Origin: Cyanophora paradoxa CCMP329
Taxonomy: Eukaryota > Plantae > Glaucophyta
Assembly: GCA_004431415.1 (NCBI GenBank)
Contig: QPMI01000495.1
Location: 188,147-252,146, forward strand
Direction of reading: 5' to 3'
DNA: 64,000 bases
Within the stretch, counting starts at the first letter, position 1, and the number at the start of each line of letters is the position of its first letter. The position numbers and the translations under genes were made by a program. The notes beneath the pieces were generated by a model that was not told the origin of the DNA, ran no database searches, and was given only the letters and a program-made list of their open reading frames with translations. Of the stretch, positions 13,294-26,865 are shown one piece after another.

Positions 13294-13597
13294 CTACGTG
13301 TACCCGGACGACCGGGGCCGATCGACGGCGGCCTCCGGGCCGCTGGCCATCGCCCCCCCGTCTGCGCCGCGCATGAGCGGGGACCGCGGCCGGCCCGCCC
13401 CGGGCCCCCGAGCGCGAAACCTGAGAGCGCACCCGAGTACCGGCGGGGGCCCCCGGCGGGCTCCTCTGGGACCAGGCCGCCCTTCCGCCTGCGCGAACGA
13501 AGTGAGAGCCGCCCCGCCCGGATTCGAGCCGGGGGCCTCAAACCTGTCGGGCGGCACGGAGGGCTGCGACGCGCGCCGGCCGGCGGGCGCCGACGGC

Positions 13598-13633
<36 letters not shown>

Positions 13634-16600
13634 AGGACGTCGCGCACGCCGCCGTCCTCGCCGGCGCTCGCGCGGGGTCCTCGGAGGGCCGGCGGGAGGC
13701 GGCGGCGGAGGGCGGCTCAGTCAGGCCCCCCGGGGGCCCCCGTCCTCGCTGGAGGGCCGCCGCTCCGCCCCGCCGTCGCCGGCGGCGTCGCCGCCGCTGC
13801 CACCGCCGCCGCCGCCGCGCCGGGGCCCGCCCCCGCCCCGCCCCCGACCTTCGCCCTCGCCTGCCCCGCCCCGCCCGGAGTCACATCTTCCGCGCGGAGG
13901 CGGAAGCGGAACCGCGGGGAGCCGAACCTGCGCCTGGATCTTCTGCGTCTGGCCGGCGACCTTCTTCTGCTCGTAGTAGACGCGGGGGTACCGCGCCGTC
14001 TGCTCCAGGAGACCGTTCTCCTTCAGGCAGCGCGTGAAGACCGCCAACGGCATCTGCGAGAACGTTCCCCTTCAGCGGGGCGTGTGAGCAAGTAAAGCGG
14101 CCTCCGCCGGATTCGAACCTGGGTCGTGGCGACGAAGGTCGTGACGAGGCCGCCGCCGGCCTCCCCCCCGCCGGCCTCGCCGCCCTGCGCGCCAGATCAG
14201 GGGGAGAGAAAGGGACGGGCGATCGATCAGTTAGCGCGTCCAGCGCGCGCTAGCTGTTTGGTCCGGGCGGGGCGGGGCGGGGCGGGGGCGCACGGGGCCG
14301 CCGGCGTAGGCGCCGGAGGCGATCATCGCCTCCTTGAACATCCGCACGATCTGATCCGAAGGTCAGCCGCGGCGCCGGGGAGGGCGGGGGGGCGGGGCAT
14401 TCGGGGGTGGGCGGGCCTGGAGGCGGGTGAGGGCGGGGTTGAGGCGGTAGAGGCAGCGGCCGAACTCGTTGAGGAAGAGGCCGCCGCGGCCCTCCGCGTC
14501 CGCCTCGAAGAAGAGCGCTTCCGCCTGCCTGCGCCCCCCGCTCGGCCCTGCCCGAAGAGGCCCCGCCCGGCGGGCCAGCCAGGATCTAGGACGGGGCGGG
14601 GAGGGGCGGGGCGGGGCGGACGCGTCGACGTCGCCGTCGGGGAGGCGGAGGTCGGCGAGGACCCACTCCACGAGCACCGCGTTCAGGTCCACCCGCTGCA
14701 CCTCCCGCCTGCCGGGGGCGAGAGAGAACCTCAGCGGAGATCGGCGGGGATTAGGGGGGCGGGGCAGGGGCGGCGCGCCCGCCGTCGGTGGCCTTGACGG
14801 TCCTCGCGCGGACGGCCGCCGCGAGGTTCGCCAGCCACGCCTCCGCCGCGTGCTCGCCCCCGCCCGAGGCAGCCGCAGCGGCCGGCGCGACCGCCCCCAC
14901 CGGGGCACCGCCGCCGGCGCCGGGGGGGCCGGAGAGGGCCGGCGGGAGCGGGGAGGGGGCCTGCGAGGCAGCGGCCCCGGGGCCCCCGGGGGGCGGGTCG
15001 AAGATCAGGTGCCGCGCCGCGTCCACGACCCGCGGGGCCGAGACCTGCCAAGGCGAGCTGAGGGGGGGAGATGCCGCGAGGGGGGGAGGGGTAGGGGCAG
15101 GGGGGTACCCAGTGCCGCCCGTCCTTCTCCGGGGCGCTGTCCTTCAGCGGCTGGCCCGCCGCGCTGCGGGGGGCAGAATTGAGGGAGGGAAGAAGATGGA
15201 AGAGGGGGGTACAGAGGGGAACGAATGAAGGAACCTCCGGGATACCGCATCGTAGAACGCGAGGTACACGTCGAGAGCCTCCGTCGAGAGGGACGCCGTG
15301 GGGTGAACCTGGAGAGGGGTACGGGTTCGGGGACCCGGGGCGAAGAGAGGAAGGGTGCCCACGCGCCTGCATGAATCGCGCCATCGTATCCCTGCGGACG
15401 GAGGGGGTAAGGATGGCTTCCGGGGGGTAACAGCGGGGAGGGGTACAGGAAAAGGAGCGCACGCGATGGTGGACTTGTCCTGGTGGTACACCACTGACGC
15501 GAAGAACGAGGAGAGGTGCTGGGGGGGGGAAGCTCGAGGGGGGTACGGTGATTCGGAACAGGGGTACGGGGCCGGACCTGCTCTGCGAGGGCGCGGAGGC
15601 CGAACTTGGCGAGGAAGTACTCCATCAGGAAGGCGGTCCTGGGGAGTACGGGATCGGAAAGCGCAAGGGGTACGTGATCGAGGGGCGGACATGGGTAGGT
15701 GGGAGGAGCGGCCTTTCGCGTCCTCGTTGCGGTCCGCCTCGAGCTGAGGTGCGGGTGAGGATCTCAAGGGGGGTACGGCGAAAAGAAGGGGGTGGCGGAC
15801 CTTCTCGAAATAGATGTCGCCGATGAGGGCCGCGAGCTTCTTCATTCGCATCGGCTTGCCCCGCACGACGGCAGCGTTCAAACCCGCCTGTACCCCCGAA
15901 CGTCAGCTCGAACGAAGTGCGTGTGCGCGATTCTCGGGAGGGGTACGCGCCTTCTTCAGCCACCCGAGGAACGACATGTGCGCGCGCTGTCCGAGCTGGA
16001 GGAAAACTCAAGTCAGGCCCCTGGGGGGCTTGCGGCGGGGGGTACGCCCACCTGCGGGGCCTCGCCGGTGATGACGCGGGGCGGCTTGGGCCCCCGGTCC
16101 CTCCTCCTGGTCGTGCGCTTCCGGGCCCGCGGCCCCGCCTCCGCCTCCTCCTCCTCCTCCTCCTCCTCCACCGGCTCCACTGCGCGGTGGGGGTACATGG
16201 ACACGTCGGCGGGAAGGAGGGGAGGGGGGTACGCGGGCGCACGCTCGTCCTCGTCGCCCTCGCCCTCGCCCTCCGCCTCCGGCTCGTGGTCGTCCTCCAT
16301 CCCCGCCGCCGCCTGCGGCGAAAGCATTCGATCGCGGGGGTACACGTGCAGGGCGGAGGGGGGGGGGGGCGGACCTGGAGCTCCTCGGCGCTGGCGGCGA
16401 TGACGTTGGCCTCCATCGTGCCCTCCCAGCTCCCGAAGCCCTGCCCCGCCTCAGAGATGAAGAGGAAGGGAAAAGATAGGAAGGGATGGGCGCACGGAGC
16501 CCTCGATGTGGACGGCGAAGACGGACCAGTCGGTCTGCGTGGTCGCGCAGGGGGCCCCCTCCGCCTCCCGCGCCCCCGCCCCCGCCCCGCCCGCCGTCTG

Positions 16601-19600
16601 CGTCCCCTTCGAGTACTCTGCGCCCCGCCCGCCCCGTCGGCCGCGCCGAGAACGGGGCGGCGGGGCCCGCTCGCACCGGCGGCGTGGGCGGCGGCGGCCT
16701 CGGCGCGGCGCTCGGGGTCGCGCTCCCACGCCAGCGCCGCCTCCAGCTCCGCCACCCGCCCCTGCGGGGCGAGGGGTCGGCCGGGGCGGGGCGGGGACGG
16801 GGGCGGGGAGCCCGCTTCGCAGCCTCCGCTCTGTTTTGCTGGGCGGGCGGGCGGGGCGGGCGGGCACCTGGAGCTCGTCGGCCTCGGCGCGGGCGGCGAC
16901 GGCGGCTTCCATCTCGGCGCCGCCCCACTCCGTCTGCGCCTCCCCGTCCTCCGCGTTCGCCCTGCCGCAGCCCTCGCTTGGCTCGGGGCGGGGCCGGGCG
17001 GCGGGGAGAGCGCGGACGGGCGCTTGGAGCCGCGGCGGGCGAGGGCGTCGCCGATCTGCACGTGCACCTCCTCCAGCTTCTGCACCCGGTCCTCCAGCTG
17101 CGCCCCGGCGTGAGGGGCGGGGGCAGAGGAGGGGCGGGGCGGGGCGGGGCGGGGCGGGGCGCGGACGGAGGCGGCGATGCGGGGCACGCGCTCCTTGGGG
17201 ACGTCCGGCCGCTCCGCCAGCTGCCCGCCCCCGCCCCGCCGCCCCCGTCAGCCGGGCCCCCGCGCGATCCCCGCGGGGCGCGCGGGGCCCCCGCACCTGC
17301 TGCACCGCCTCCATCTCGTCCTCCATGCCCAGCTGGGGGGGGGGGCGGAGGGTGAGGGGGGGTACACGGTCTGATGCGTGGGGAGGCGGGTGGGGGTACC
17401 AGCGTCTCGGAGACCTTCTCCATGAGCGTCGAGCGCCGCCGCTGCGGGGGCGGGGTACACTCAGCCCCCCGCTCCCCCACTCCACCCGAGCGTCCTCTAC
17501 CCCCTGTACCCCCCCCCCTCCCCCCCCGCCGGGCGCGCCTGCCAGATGGCGGGGAGGGTGAGGCTGGCGTTCTCCGTCGGCTCCTCGTCCAGCTCCGCCG
17601 CCGCCTGCCGCCCCGCAAAGTAAGCCGGGGCCGTGGAGAGAAGGGGGCGGGGGGGCGGGCCTGGGAGCCTCGGCTGGTGGGGCGGCTCTCGCCGAGCGCC
17701 TGCTCGGCCTCCTCCTGGCTCTCGTAGACCCCCGTCGCCACCAGGCTCTGCAGGGGAGAGCCCGTCGCCGAGGGAGGGGGGGAGGAGAGGGGGGGTGGGG
17801 ATCACCTGGGCGGAGGCCCACTTGCGGTACGCCGAGGTCGACCGCTGCAGCCGGACGTACTTGTCCAGGCCCTGCGCGCCGCGCCGCGCCGCGTCAGGCG
17901 TCCCGCGCCGGGCGGAGGGAAGGGGGGGAGGGAGGGACGGGGGGTACCGGGATGAGCTCGAGGCCGGTCTGGGCCTCTGCGTCCCGGCGCCAGGCCGCCG
18001 CGAGGTCCGCTGCGGTGCGGCCGAAAGCAACCGGAGGAGGGGCGGGGTGAGCGCGTGGGCAGCGGCGGCGCCGACGCGCTTGGTCGTCGCGGGGTCGGGC
18101 CGGGGCGCACGCGTGACCTCGGTCTCGGTTTCGAGGGTCACGGCGGGGGCGCGGAAGCCGGCGAGGCGCTGGACGAGGCCCTGCGGGGAGACGGGGGCGT
18201 CAGGGAAGGGTCTTCAAGAGGTCTCTGATGGGGGCGGGGCGGGGCGCGCCTCGCGGTCCCCGCCGGCGTCCTTGAGCTGCGCCATCAGCTGCTCCATGTT
18301 CTTCTCCTGCGCCGCGGCATCAGCCCCCCCGCCCGCGTCGCCCTGGGGGGCACGGGGCCGGCCGCACGAGGTCGGCGATCTCGGCGAGGAGCTTCGCGAT
18401 CTCCTCGTCGCGCTCCGCCAGCTGCGGGGTACGCGAATCAAATCGGGTTCAGGTGGGTCCGGGCCGCCGGGGCGCCGGGTCGGGTCGGGTCGCACCAGGT
18501 CCCTCTGCACGAAGGAGTCCAGGTCGGGCTCCGTGTCGGGGGCCCCGCCGGGGGGGCCCGCCGCCGGCGCCGGGGCGGGCGCCTCGCCCTCGGCGGGGGC
18601 GGCGGGGCCGGCGCCGAGGGGCCTTCCCCTGCGCGCCCCCTCAGACGAGCGCCAGCTCCGGTGCGAGCTCTAGACAGGCGGGGCGGGGCGGGGCGGGCCT
18701 GCTCGAGGGCGCGCTGGTCGGCGGCGGCGCGCTGGCGGGCGGCCCGGAGGCGCGCCTCCGCCGGCTGCTTCTCCTTCAGCCGCACCGCCATCTATCCAAG
18801 CGGTGAGGGGGCAGCAACAACAAGGGGCGGGGCGGGGGGCGTACCTCCCGCCGCAACACCTCGGCGCGCTCCTCGGCGACGGCGAGGCGCAGCATCTCCA
18901 TCTCCTTCGCGTACTGCAGCGCCGCCGACGCCTTCTCCTCCACCTGCACGCGGCGTCGGCAGGGCGGGGCGCCCGGCCCCGGCGCGCGCGCGGGCCTGGA
19001 GGGCGAGCTTCTGGATGAGGAGCTTCCGGTCCTCCAGCTCGGCCTTCAGGCGCGTCCCCTCCGCCACCCGCAGCCGCACCTCCTGCGCCCCCGCCGTGAG
19101 CCCGGCCGGCCCCCGGAGGACGGGAAGGGAAGGGACGGGGGCGCGCGCGCCTGCTCGAGCTCGGCGGTGCGGGCCTGGAGCCGGGCGAGCTCGGCGTCCG
19201 CGTGCAGCGACGAGGGCGGCTTCGCCACCGCCAGCGACACGCTGCGGGGGGTACGGGGTCAGCGGGGGTGGGGCAGGCGTCACGGCAGGGGGGGCGGCCC
19301 GCCTCCGCTTGCGGTTGGGTATGCTCCCGCGCTTGCCGGCGGCGCCGGCGGCGGACGGGGGCGGGCCGGGGGAGGGCGGGGACCCCAGGGCCGGCCCGAA
19401 GCGCCCCAGCGCGGCCGCCAGCAGCGCCCGGTACCGCCGCGCGACCTGGGGGGTAGAGGATTGTCGGTACCCTTTTCAAACGACGAGGGGGGAGGGGTCG
19501 GCGCAGGGCGGCGGGGGGCGCACCCACTGAAGGAAGCGGCCCCTTTCGGCGCAGTGGACGGACTCCTGCCGCACGACCTCGTGCAGGGCGATCTGGGTCG

Positions 19601-21007
19601 AGTCCGGCCGGGGTCATTCATTCCCCGGTCGGGCTTCGAGGCGGGCTCGCGCCGGACCTCGAGCAGTCGGGCCTCCTCCGCCACTGACTCCGGATCCCGG
19701 GCGGGGGGTACCGCTCCGGGGGGCGGGGAGGCCGTGAGGAAGCCTGGCGCCGGTCGGAGGGCGATCAGGCGGGGCGGGGCGGAGGGGTACAGGGGTACAG
19801 GGGTACGGGCAGGGAGGGGGGGCACCATTCTCTCGGAGTACGCGCTCCGTCCACTCGGCGAGCTGCAAAGGGGGGATGGCGGGGGGTGAGAGGGGGCGCG
19901 GGAATGATGGGGGGGGGGTACGGCGCGCAAGCTCGACGTCGCGGCGCGAGGCGGGTACGCGGGCGGGGAAGATGTTCGTGTGCTTCGGAAGGCACGTGAG
20001 GCGGGTCGGGTAGATGGGATAAGGCAGAGGGGGCGTACCCATTGGCCATCGGTCGGGTCGTATTCCGTGTTCGGGGCCAGCTCGGGGTCCGTGGGGGGTA
20101 CGCTGCTTTTGACGACCACGTGGAAGTGCTCCGGGACCATTGTGGGGGGTACCGCGAATTCGGCAAACTCGGTGGGCTGGGGGGAGGGATCGGAGGCGAG
20201 GAGGGTAGCGAGGGCGCGGCCGCGGGGGGGAGAGACGGTGGTTGACTTTGCCGGAGCAGATTGGGGCATGTTGTGGGGGGCGGAGGGGGGCGGAGGGGAG
20301 TGGGAGGGTACAGGGCGATGGTTGCGGGAGGGTACGGCCGCCGATGCGGGGGCGGAGGCGGGGACGAGGGGGTCGAGGAGGGCCTGGACGTGGGGTAGGG
20401 GCTGCGCGAGGCGCGCGGGGGCGTTGAGGGTGGAGATGGGGCGCGGGAGGCGGCGGATTCCTGCGTGGGGGTCGGGCGAGGCCCGCCGCCTGGGGCCGTG
20501 CGCCGTCGAGGCGGGCGGCTGCTCGTCGCCCGCCCGCGGAGGGGGCGCCGCGGCCTGCGCGGGCGCGGGGGGCGGCCCGGCGGGGGGGAGGGTGCGGGCC
20601 CAGGGGTCGTCGGAGGCGGCGGTGCGGGGGATGGGGGGCACGACGGTCCAGCTGGAGGGCCACACGAAGTTCTCCGCCGTCGACACCTTCAGGAGCTTGG
20701 GCGGGAGCCGCTCGAAGGGCGAGGCCGCGCCCGCCGCGGGGCGAGCGTGCAGCGTCCCTTCCGAGCGCGTGCCGGCGAGGCCACGGCGGTCCTCGGCCGG
20801 CGGCGCGGGCGGCGGGTCGGGCACGTTCACGGGGAGGATCGCAAGCGAGTCCTCGCGGCCTGCCGCGGCCGTGCGCCTCATTCGCGCGAAGAGTATCAGA
20901 TCTAGAGATAGCCTCGAGCACGCACCGTGCACTGGAGCGGCATTCTTCCAGCGGGACCCCGCCGCCGGCGCTGGGGCCGCGGCAGGACCGCCGTCGACGT
21001 GCACCAT
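13294..21007 (-). CDS. Axonemal dynein light chain domain-containing (AXDND1-like) coiled-coil protein, many exons
   Basis: Exons MVPEHFHVVVKSSV...KHTNIFPARVPASRRDVE...LAEWTERVL and IALHEVVRQESVHCAERGRFL (about 19530-19592) match the Ax_dynein_light signature. These are followed by long coiled-coil exons and a C-terminal block LAALIGDIYFEK...FLMEYFLAKFGLRALAEQ. It could be two genes. Confidence 0.7.
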
Positions 21008-21166
21008 CGCAGGGGCGCTCCCCGCTGAGGGAAGCTAGCTGATGTGCCTGTGCAGCTTGAATCAAGAGCGCCTCCCGACTCCGCAAGCTCAGAGTCCACG
21101 CGACGTCGATCCTCTCAACGCCGCGGGTCTACTCATAGGAGGTGTGCAGGATGCGCTGCAGTTTCT

Positions 21167-24100
21167 ATGGAGCGTTCGCTGCAGCCGTGGCGTGCGACGG
21201 GGCCCGTAGCTAAGTAGCTAGGTTTGGCAAGTTTGGGGGGAGCGTTTCGAAACGGGGTACAGCAAAGAATGTTGGGGGCTGCTCGCCGGGCGTTCGCGGC
21301 CGCGGCCCGCTCGGCGGGAGGGGCTTCGTTCGGAAGGCATGCGAACCCGCGCAGCAGCGCCCCAGGCGTGCCGCCGCGTCGGACTTTCCGGTCCAGCGGC
21401 TCCAGGCAGGAGAAGCAGCGCAGCGACGGCGGCAGCGGCAACCAGGAGGGCTGGCGGGAGGCCAGCGAGGAGGCCGCCGAGACGGGCAACAAGGCGAGCC
21501 GCCCGAACGCCGGAACGTAACGCCCGGTCGGCTGACGCCTCCGGAACGCCCCGCAGGCGATGAAAGTCATTGTACGTCGTCGTTCGGCGCCGGGCCATCC
21601 GCGTTTGCGCCAGGGCGGCGCCCGAGCCGCCCGCGCCGCCGCCGCTGAGGCGCCGTCGGCCGCAGACCGCCGGACTCCTGGCGCCGCTGGCACTTTACGT
21701 ACCGTACGCTCTCGCCGCCGACATCTTCCAGGCACGCCGCGCCCAGAGTTTGCGGCCGGCCGGCCCGCCGAGTCCGAAGCGGGCGCTCGCAGGTGGACTT
21801 TTGCCTCGCGGAGCTCCTAAAGCAGAAGGAGCTCGACACTCCGGACGACTTCTACGGCCGCGAAGGCGCGCCGGCCGCCCGGCTCGGGGGCGCGCCCGTC
21901 TCCGCGCGGGGCTCACGGCGGCCGCAGAGGAGATGCGCATGATGCGCGCGCTGTTCAACGAGCGGCCGGACCGCATCTGCATCCTCACCGGCCCCAGCGA
22001 CTCCGGCAAGTCCTCCCTCATGAACCGCGTCCTCTCCGGCCGCCGCCTCCTCGTCAAGGTGCCGCCCCGTTCCCCCCGAACGCCTCACCCCCAAACCCAT
22101 GGGTACTCAGATGGACCTCCGCGAGCACTCCGTGCACACCGTCAACGACGTGAGCGTACCGCCGCCCCGCCCCGCCCCCCTCCAGCCCGGGGTACCCGCG
22201 TCCGAGATCTCACGAGGGGTACAGTTCGTTCGCTACTTCGTGAACTGCATTCGCGCCGAGTTCATTCGCGTCCGCACGTGGCTCGTCGACCTGCTACCCG
22301 TCTACGGCGGTACGGCGCGCCCGTACCCCGCTCCGATTGCCACCGACGGGGTACCGCACGAACTGGGGTACAGCCGAGAACTGGGAGATGAAGTACCGCC
22401 TGAAGGTCTACGACCTCGAGCAGGCCCTCAAGTGCCTCACCGGTATCCCCCACTCGACCCCCCCCCCCTTCCGAACGCTCCGCCCGCGCCCGTCTCCGAC
22501 AATTCGGTACCCCGCAGCGGCGCTCGTGAAGGGCCGCAAGCAGCACCCGAACGAGGCGAGCCCTTCCCTCCGCCAGACACGTACCCCCCTGACCCCGCGG
22601 CGTACCCCAGGTGCCGGTGATCTTCATTGACGAGTTCGGCTCGCTGCTCGACCTCGCGGACAGCAGCGAGGGCAAGCAGCTCGTCCAGGTGCCCCCGGGG
22701 GGGTACGGCGTTCGCCCTCCTCTCCGGGGTACTGAGTTCGATCGCTCCGGGTGCAGGCCATCCTCACGTGGGCCGTCCACGTGACCAAGGAGCTCCAGGT
22801 ACCCCCTATCCCGCTCTCCTCCCCCCGTTCCTTTCCTCACGTACCCCCCAACAGCTCACCCACGTAGTCCTCGGCTCATCTGACTCGTTCATTCTCGAGA
22901 AGCTCAACGACTGCGCGTACCCCGTCCCGTTCCCAACCCCGGCCTCTCTGAATCCTGTCCCCCCGCAGTCAAGGGCCTGAACGGCCGGCTCCGGTACCTG
23001 AAGGTAGACTCGCATCCCCCGTCGCCTTCCCCCCCTCTTTCCCCTCTCATTCTCTAATCCGGCACCCCCCCTCAGGTCGGCGACCTAACGGCCGACGCGG
23101 CGCGCGATTTCCTCGCGCGGAGCCTGTCGGGCGTTCCCGGTACCCCGCTCCATCTCCTCTCCCCCGCTCCCGTTTTCACATCCTCCTCCAGGCGTGACGG
23201 AGTCGCACGTGGACCGGATCGTGGGGACAGTCGGCGGGCGGCTCCTCGACCTGCGCTCCACCGTCGCCGAGGTGCGTACCCCGGCGCCCCTCCCTCCCCC
23301 CCCTCATCTGATCCGAGTTCTCCTCCTCGGGCCCCCAGGTGAAGGCGAAGGGCGCCGGGGCGCTGGACGGTGCGAGGCTCCCCCCCGCGCCGCGCGCGCC
23401 CTCCCGTAGCCCGCCATCTGCCCCGCGATCCCGCCGCCGCCCCCCGCTAAGGCGTGAGCTCGCTCGCCTTGTCCCTTCGTCCCGCAGAGATCCTGGACAG
23501 CATCTTCTGCGCGCAGCGCAACCGCATCCTCGTCGCCCTCGCCGCCAAGGCGCGTGCCCCCGCCCCCGCCCCCGCCCCCGCCCCGCCTGACCTCCGTTCG
23601 GCACACGCAGGCGGTCGGGCCCTCGCCCGTCGCCGCCCCGGAGGACGACGACGGCGACGACGGCGACGACGACGATGACGACGACGGTTCGCGCTCCGCA
23701 CGCGAGAGAAAGCCGTCGTCGGAAGTCCGCCGCGCCCGACGCCCCAGCAGACGACGGCGACGACGACGACGACGACGGGGAGGAGGCAGCAAAGGTCGCT
23801 TGGGGAGAGGGGGGGCCACGCTGGGTCGGTCGCCGGGGCGCTGAGCCGGGGGGCCGCGCGCGCAGCCGGCGGGGCGGGCGTGGACGCCGGCGCAGCTGTG
23901 GGACTCGATGAAGGCGAGCGCGCGAGCGCGCGAGCGAGCGCGAGGGCGGACGTCGGAAGCTGAAGCTGCCCGCCTCGCCCCGGGGCGCGCAGGCGGTGGC
24001 GGAGAGCGAGCACGGCTACGTGCAGTACCACACCCTCAAGATGGAGGTGCGCCCCTCGCCGGCCGCCCCTCCCCCACAGGCCCCCGCTTCCCTCCCTCCG

Positions 24101-25128
24101 GGGCGGAGGGGGGCGGGCCGCCCGCCCCCTCCGCCCTCTGAGGCCTCCCCCCCGCAGGTGTTCGAGGGGGACGACGCGGCGCTGAAGGCGCTGGTGGGGG
24201 CGGACATCCTCGGCTTCCGCGCCGGGCGCTCCCCGGACCTCGTCGCCGCCACCAAGGTCAGGACCCCGCAAGCGCGCGCCGCGAGCCCCGCCGCTTTGCT
24301 CCTCCCTTCCCCCCTGGAGGAGGGAGGGGGGCCTGGTGAGGGAGGGGCAGCGGCCGGGGCCCGCGGGGCCCGCGGGGGCGCGGGGGCCCCTCCTCCCCCC
24401 TTCCTCCCTCTTTTCCTTCTGCGGGCCGCGGGCGGCGCACAGCGCTCCCCCCCCCCCCCCCCCTCTCTCTAACCCGCACGGCTCTCGTTCTTCGTTCGCC
24501 TCCGCAGGACTCGTACTACATCACCGCCGACTCGCCGGTACCCCCTTAGAGCAGCCGCCCTGCTGCGCGCCGCCCTATCTGACGTACCCCCCTCCGCTTG
24601 CTTCGCTCGCAGCTCGTCCACAACGTCTTCAAGGAGCTCCTCGCCGACGAGGGGGTACAGGAGACCGTCAAGGCCTCCTCCCAGGAGGCGGTGCGCTCGC
24701 CCTCCTGTACCCCGGACGCGATGCGGGGTAGCGAGACGGGTTTCTCCCGGGGTACGCAGAAGGAGAAGTCGGAGGGGCGGGAGCGGGAGCGCGGGGAGCG
24801 GGACGCGGCCGACGCTCTGGCCCTGATCGCGAAGGTACGAGCGTACCCCCTCCCCTTCTTCCCCCCCCCCGAACAATAAGAATTCCGATCCGCTTGGGGC
24901 GCAGGAGAAGCAGCGGCTCCTGACGCACTTCGACGTCCTCGAGAAGCTCGACGACTTCGTGCGCCCGCGCCCGTACCCCCGCGCGCTCCTCCCCGGCCGC
25001 CGTCCCACGCGGCCCCGCTCCGCAAGATGACGCCGGAGGAGAAGGAGGAGCGGGTGCGGATGCTGCTCCGGAAGGAGGCCTCCATCTTCGCCCGCGAGGC
25101 CGCCCTCCGCCCCGCCGCCGCCTCCTGA
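21167..25128 (+). CDS. YME2/RNA12-like mitochondrial P-loop ATPase-domain protein, multi-exon
   Basis: Arg/Ala-rich presequence (MLGAARRAFAAAARS). Walker A ILTGPSDSGKSSL (about 21981-22020) and Walker B VPVIFIDE. VGTVGGRLLDL and the C-terminal WTPAQLWDSMK...VFEGDDAALKALVGADIL...VFKELLAD resemble the RNA12 domain. TGA at 25126-25128. Confidence 0.7.
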
Positions 25129-26865
25129 CCCCGCCGCCCCCGCCACCCCCGCCCCCGCCGGCGCCGGGCCGAACGCTCTGCGCCCGTTCTCTCTTTTGCC
25201 CTCCTCGCGCCCTCGCCCTCGCGGCGCGCGTGACCGGCCGCGATGCAGAGTGTGAGATATCGACGCATGTACGGAAGTGAAATGTAAAGCAGTGGGAGAA
25301 ACTTCGCGGCCAGCTCGAGCGTCGTTGGTATTGCTACTGGCCACCGGAACAAGAGATCCGGAGCTCGGCCCCTATAAAGCTAGAGATTATCGTTAACGTT
25401 CCTTTCCCCCCCCCCCCCCCCCCCCCCATCCCCTCCGAATCCCCATCCACCCCCATGCATGCGCCGCGGTGCCAATTTGATCCAGTCCAGTCCAGGGACT
25501 CTTCGAATATCAATTCGAATTGAGGCCCTGATAGAATGTTCAATTAATATTACGAATACTATCTTAGCTGACTCAGCGACATATAGAAATACAGATAGCC
25601 TAGTAGGCCATATATACATATATAGCTACATGAATTCGAAAGCTAAATATTAATAGATATCGATGTTTCAGAATGTCGTAGCCTTTCAATGAAGAGAATT
25701 CGAATTTGAAGCACCGTACGCGTGGCACGCCTAGATCAGCGATTTCCGCTGGTCCCACTGAAGCTATCTGCAGCTTATCATCAGATGAGATGTAGAGCTC
25801 CAAAGCGACAGCCTGGAAACGAAAGTCTAGTGCTACGGTGGCCATATAGCTATGTGCATAAAGGCGAGATTAGGGGCTGCTGCCTAGCCTACTTAAACGA
25901 CGCAACTCCTATATATCGTATTTTACGGATCACTCGGATTCGACCTCCATCCGATGATCGAACTGGAACCATCGACTCCCATGGCCACGACAGCGACCTA
26001 GGGCCTATGAACAAAATCCAAAAGCCGCAAAATAGCACGAGTCCAGCGTCACGGCACGTGAACGGGGGCTCGGAGAGCGAAATTGAAAGCACTCGGATTT
26101 GAAACGCGCGATGCCCACGTGTCCTAGACTCCTAGCTGCACAATCCACGCAGGTGCTTGGTTCGGAAGGCCGGCATGTACACGCATGCGAAACGGAACAA
26201 TGGACGTCAGAGTCCACCGAAAAAACTAGGAGAAGCAGGGCATAATAATGCCCGATCCGGATGCAACCGAGAATAAAATAGGCACGCTATAATACACTGA
26301 TTCAGTCGGCTGTAATACACTGTTGCGTTACTACTGGACTCCAGGAGGTGAAAACAAAGCAGCGAACAACCAAGCAACTGGTTATAGTACTGCAGCGCAT
26401 AAATATGCAAATGTGATTCTGGTGAGATCAAGAGGATCGAAAACACATAGACAATGCCCGCGTTTTATCCCTCGGCTAAGTTTAATTATTATTTGTTTAT
26501 ATTTTACCTATATTTCTTGCATATTTAACAAGATCCGTGCTCCTGCGGAGCACTAAGTACGGCGAAGCCTCGCGGCCGCCCTCGCGCGCGCACGGCTGTC
26601 ACAGTAGGCGTAGCGCACTGCAGCTGGCCAGCGGCCCGGCCGAACAGCTGGTTGGCTGGAAGCTGGCGGCCAGAGGCCTGGCTGGCCAGCTAGAGAGGAA
26701 TGTAATTAATTAGGAGAAGGAATTAATAATTAGGGGAAGAGTTGGACTGGCTTGCTTTTAACAGGTAAAGCATATTGAGAGGAGAATAAATATATAATAT
26801 TTGAGGCCCGGGAGGGGCGAGGTTCTCGCGATCGCAGCCAGGCGCATGCACAGAGCTTGCGAATC

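Noticed and set aside
13505-13545. tRNA T-arm-like CCCGGCTCGAATCCGGG on the minus strand
   Set aside because: It lies inside a short intron, and no D-arm, anticodon arm or acceptor stem can be built.
14096-14150. B-box-like GGTTCGAATCC on the minus strand
   Set aside because: It is an exon|intron donor (CAG|GTTCGA), and the flanking stem does not pair as a tRNA.
74-25350. Numerous long Arg/Gly/Pro-rich ORFs in the six-frame track
   Set aside because: These are artefacts of very high GC and read-through of short introns. The real genes are spliced.
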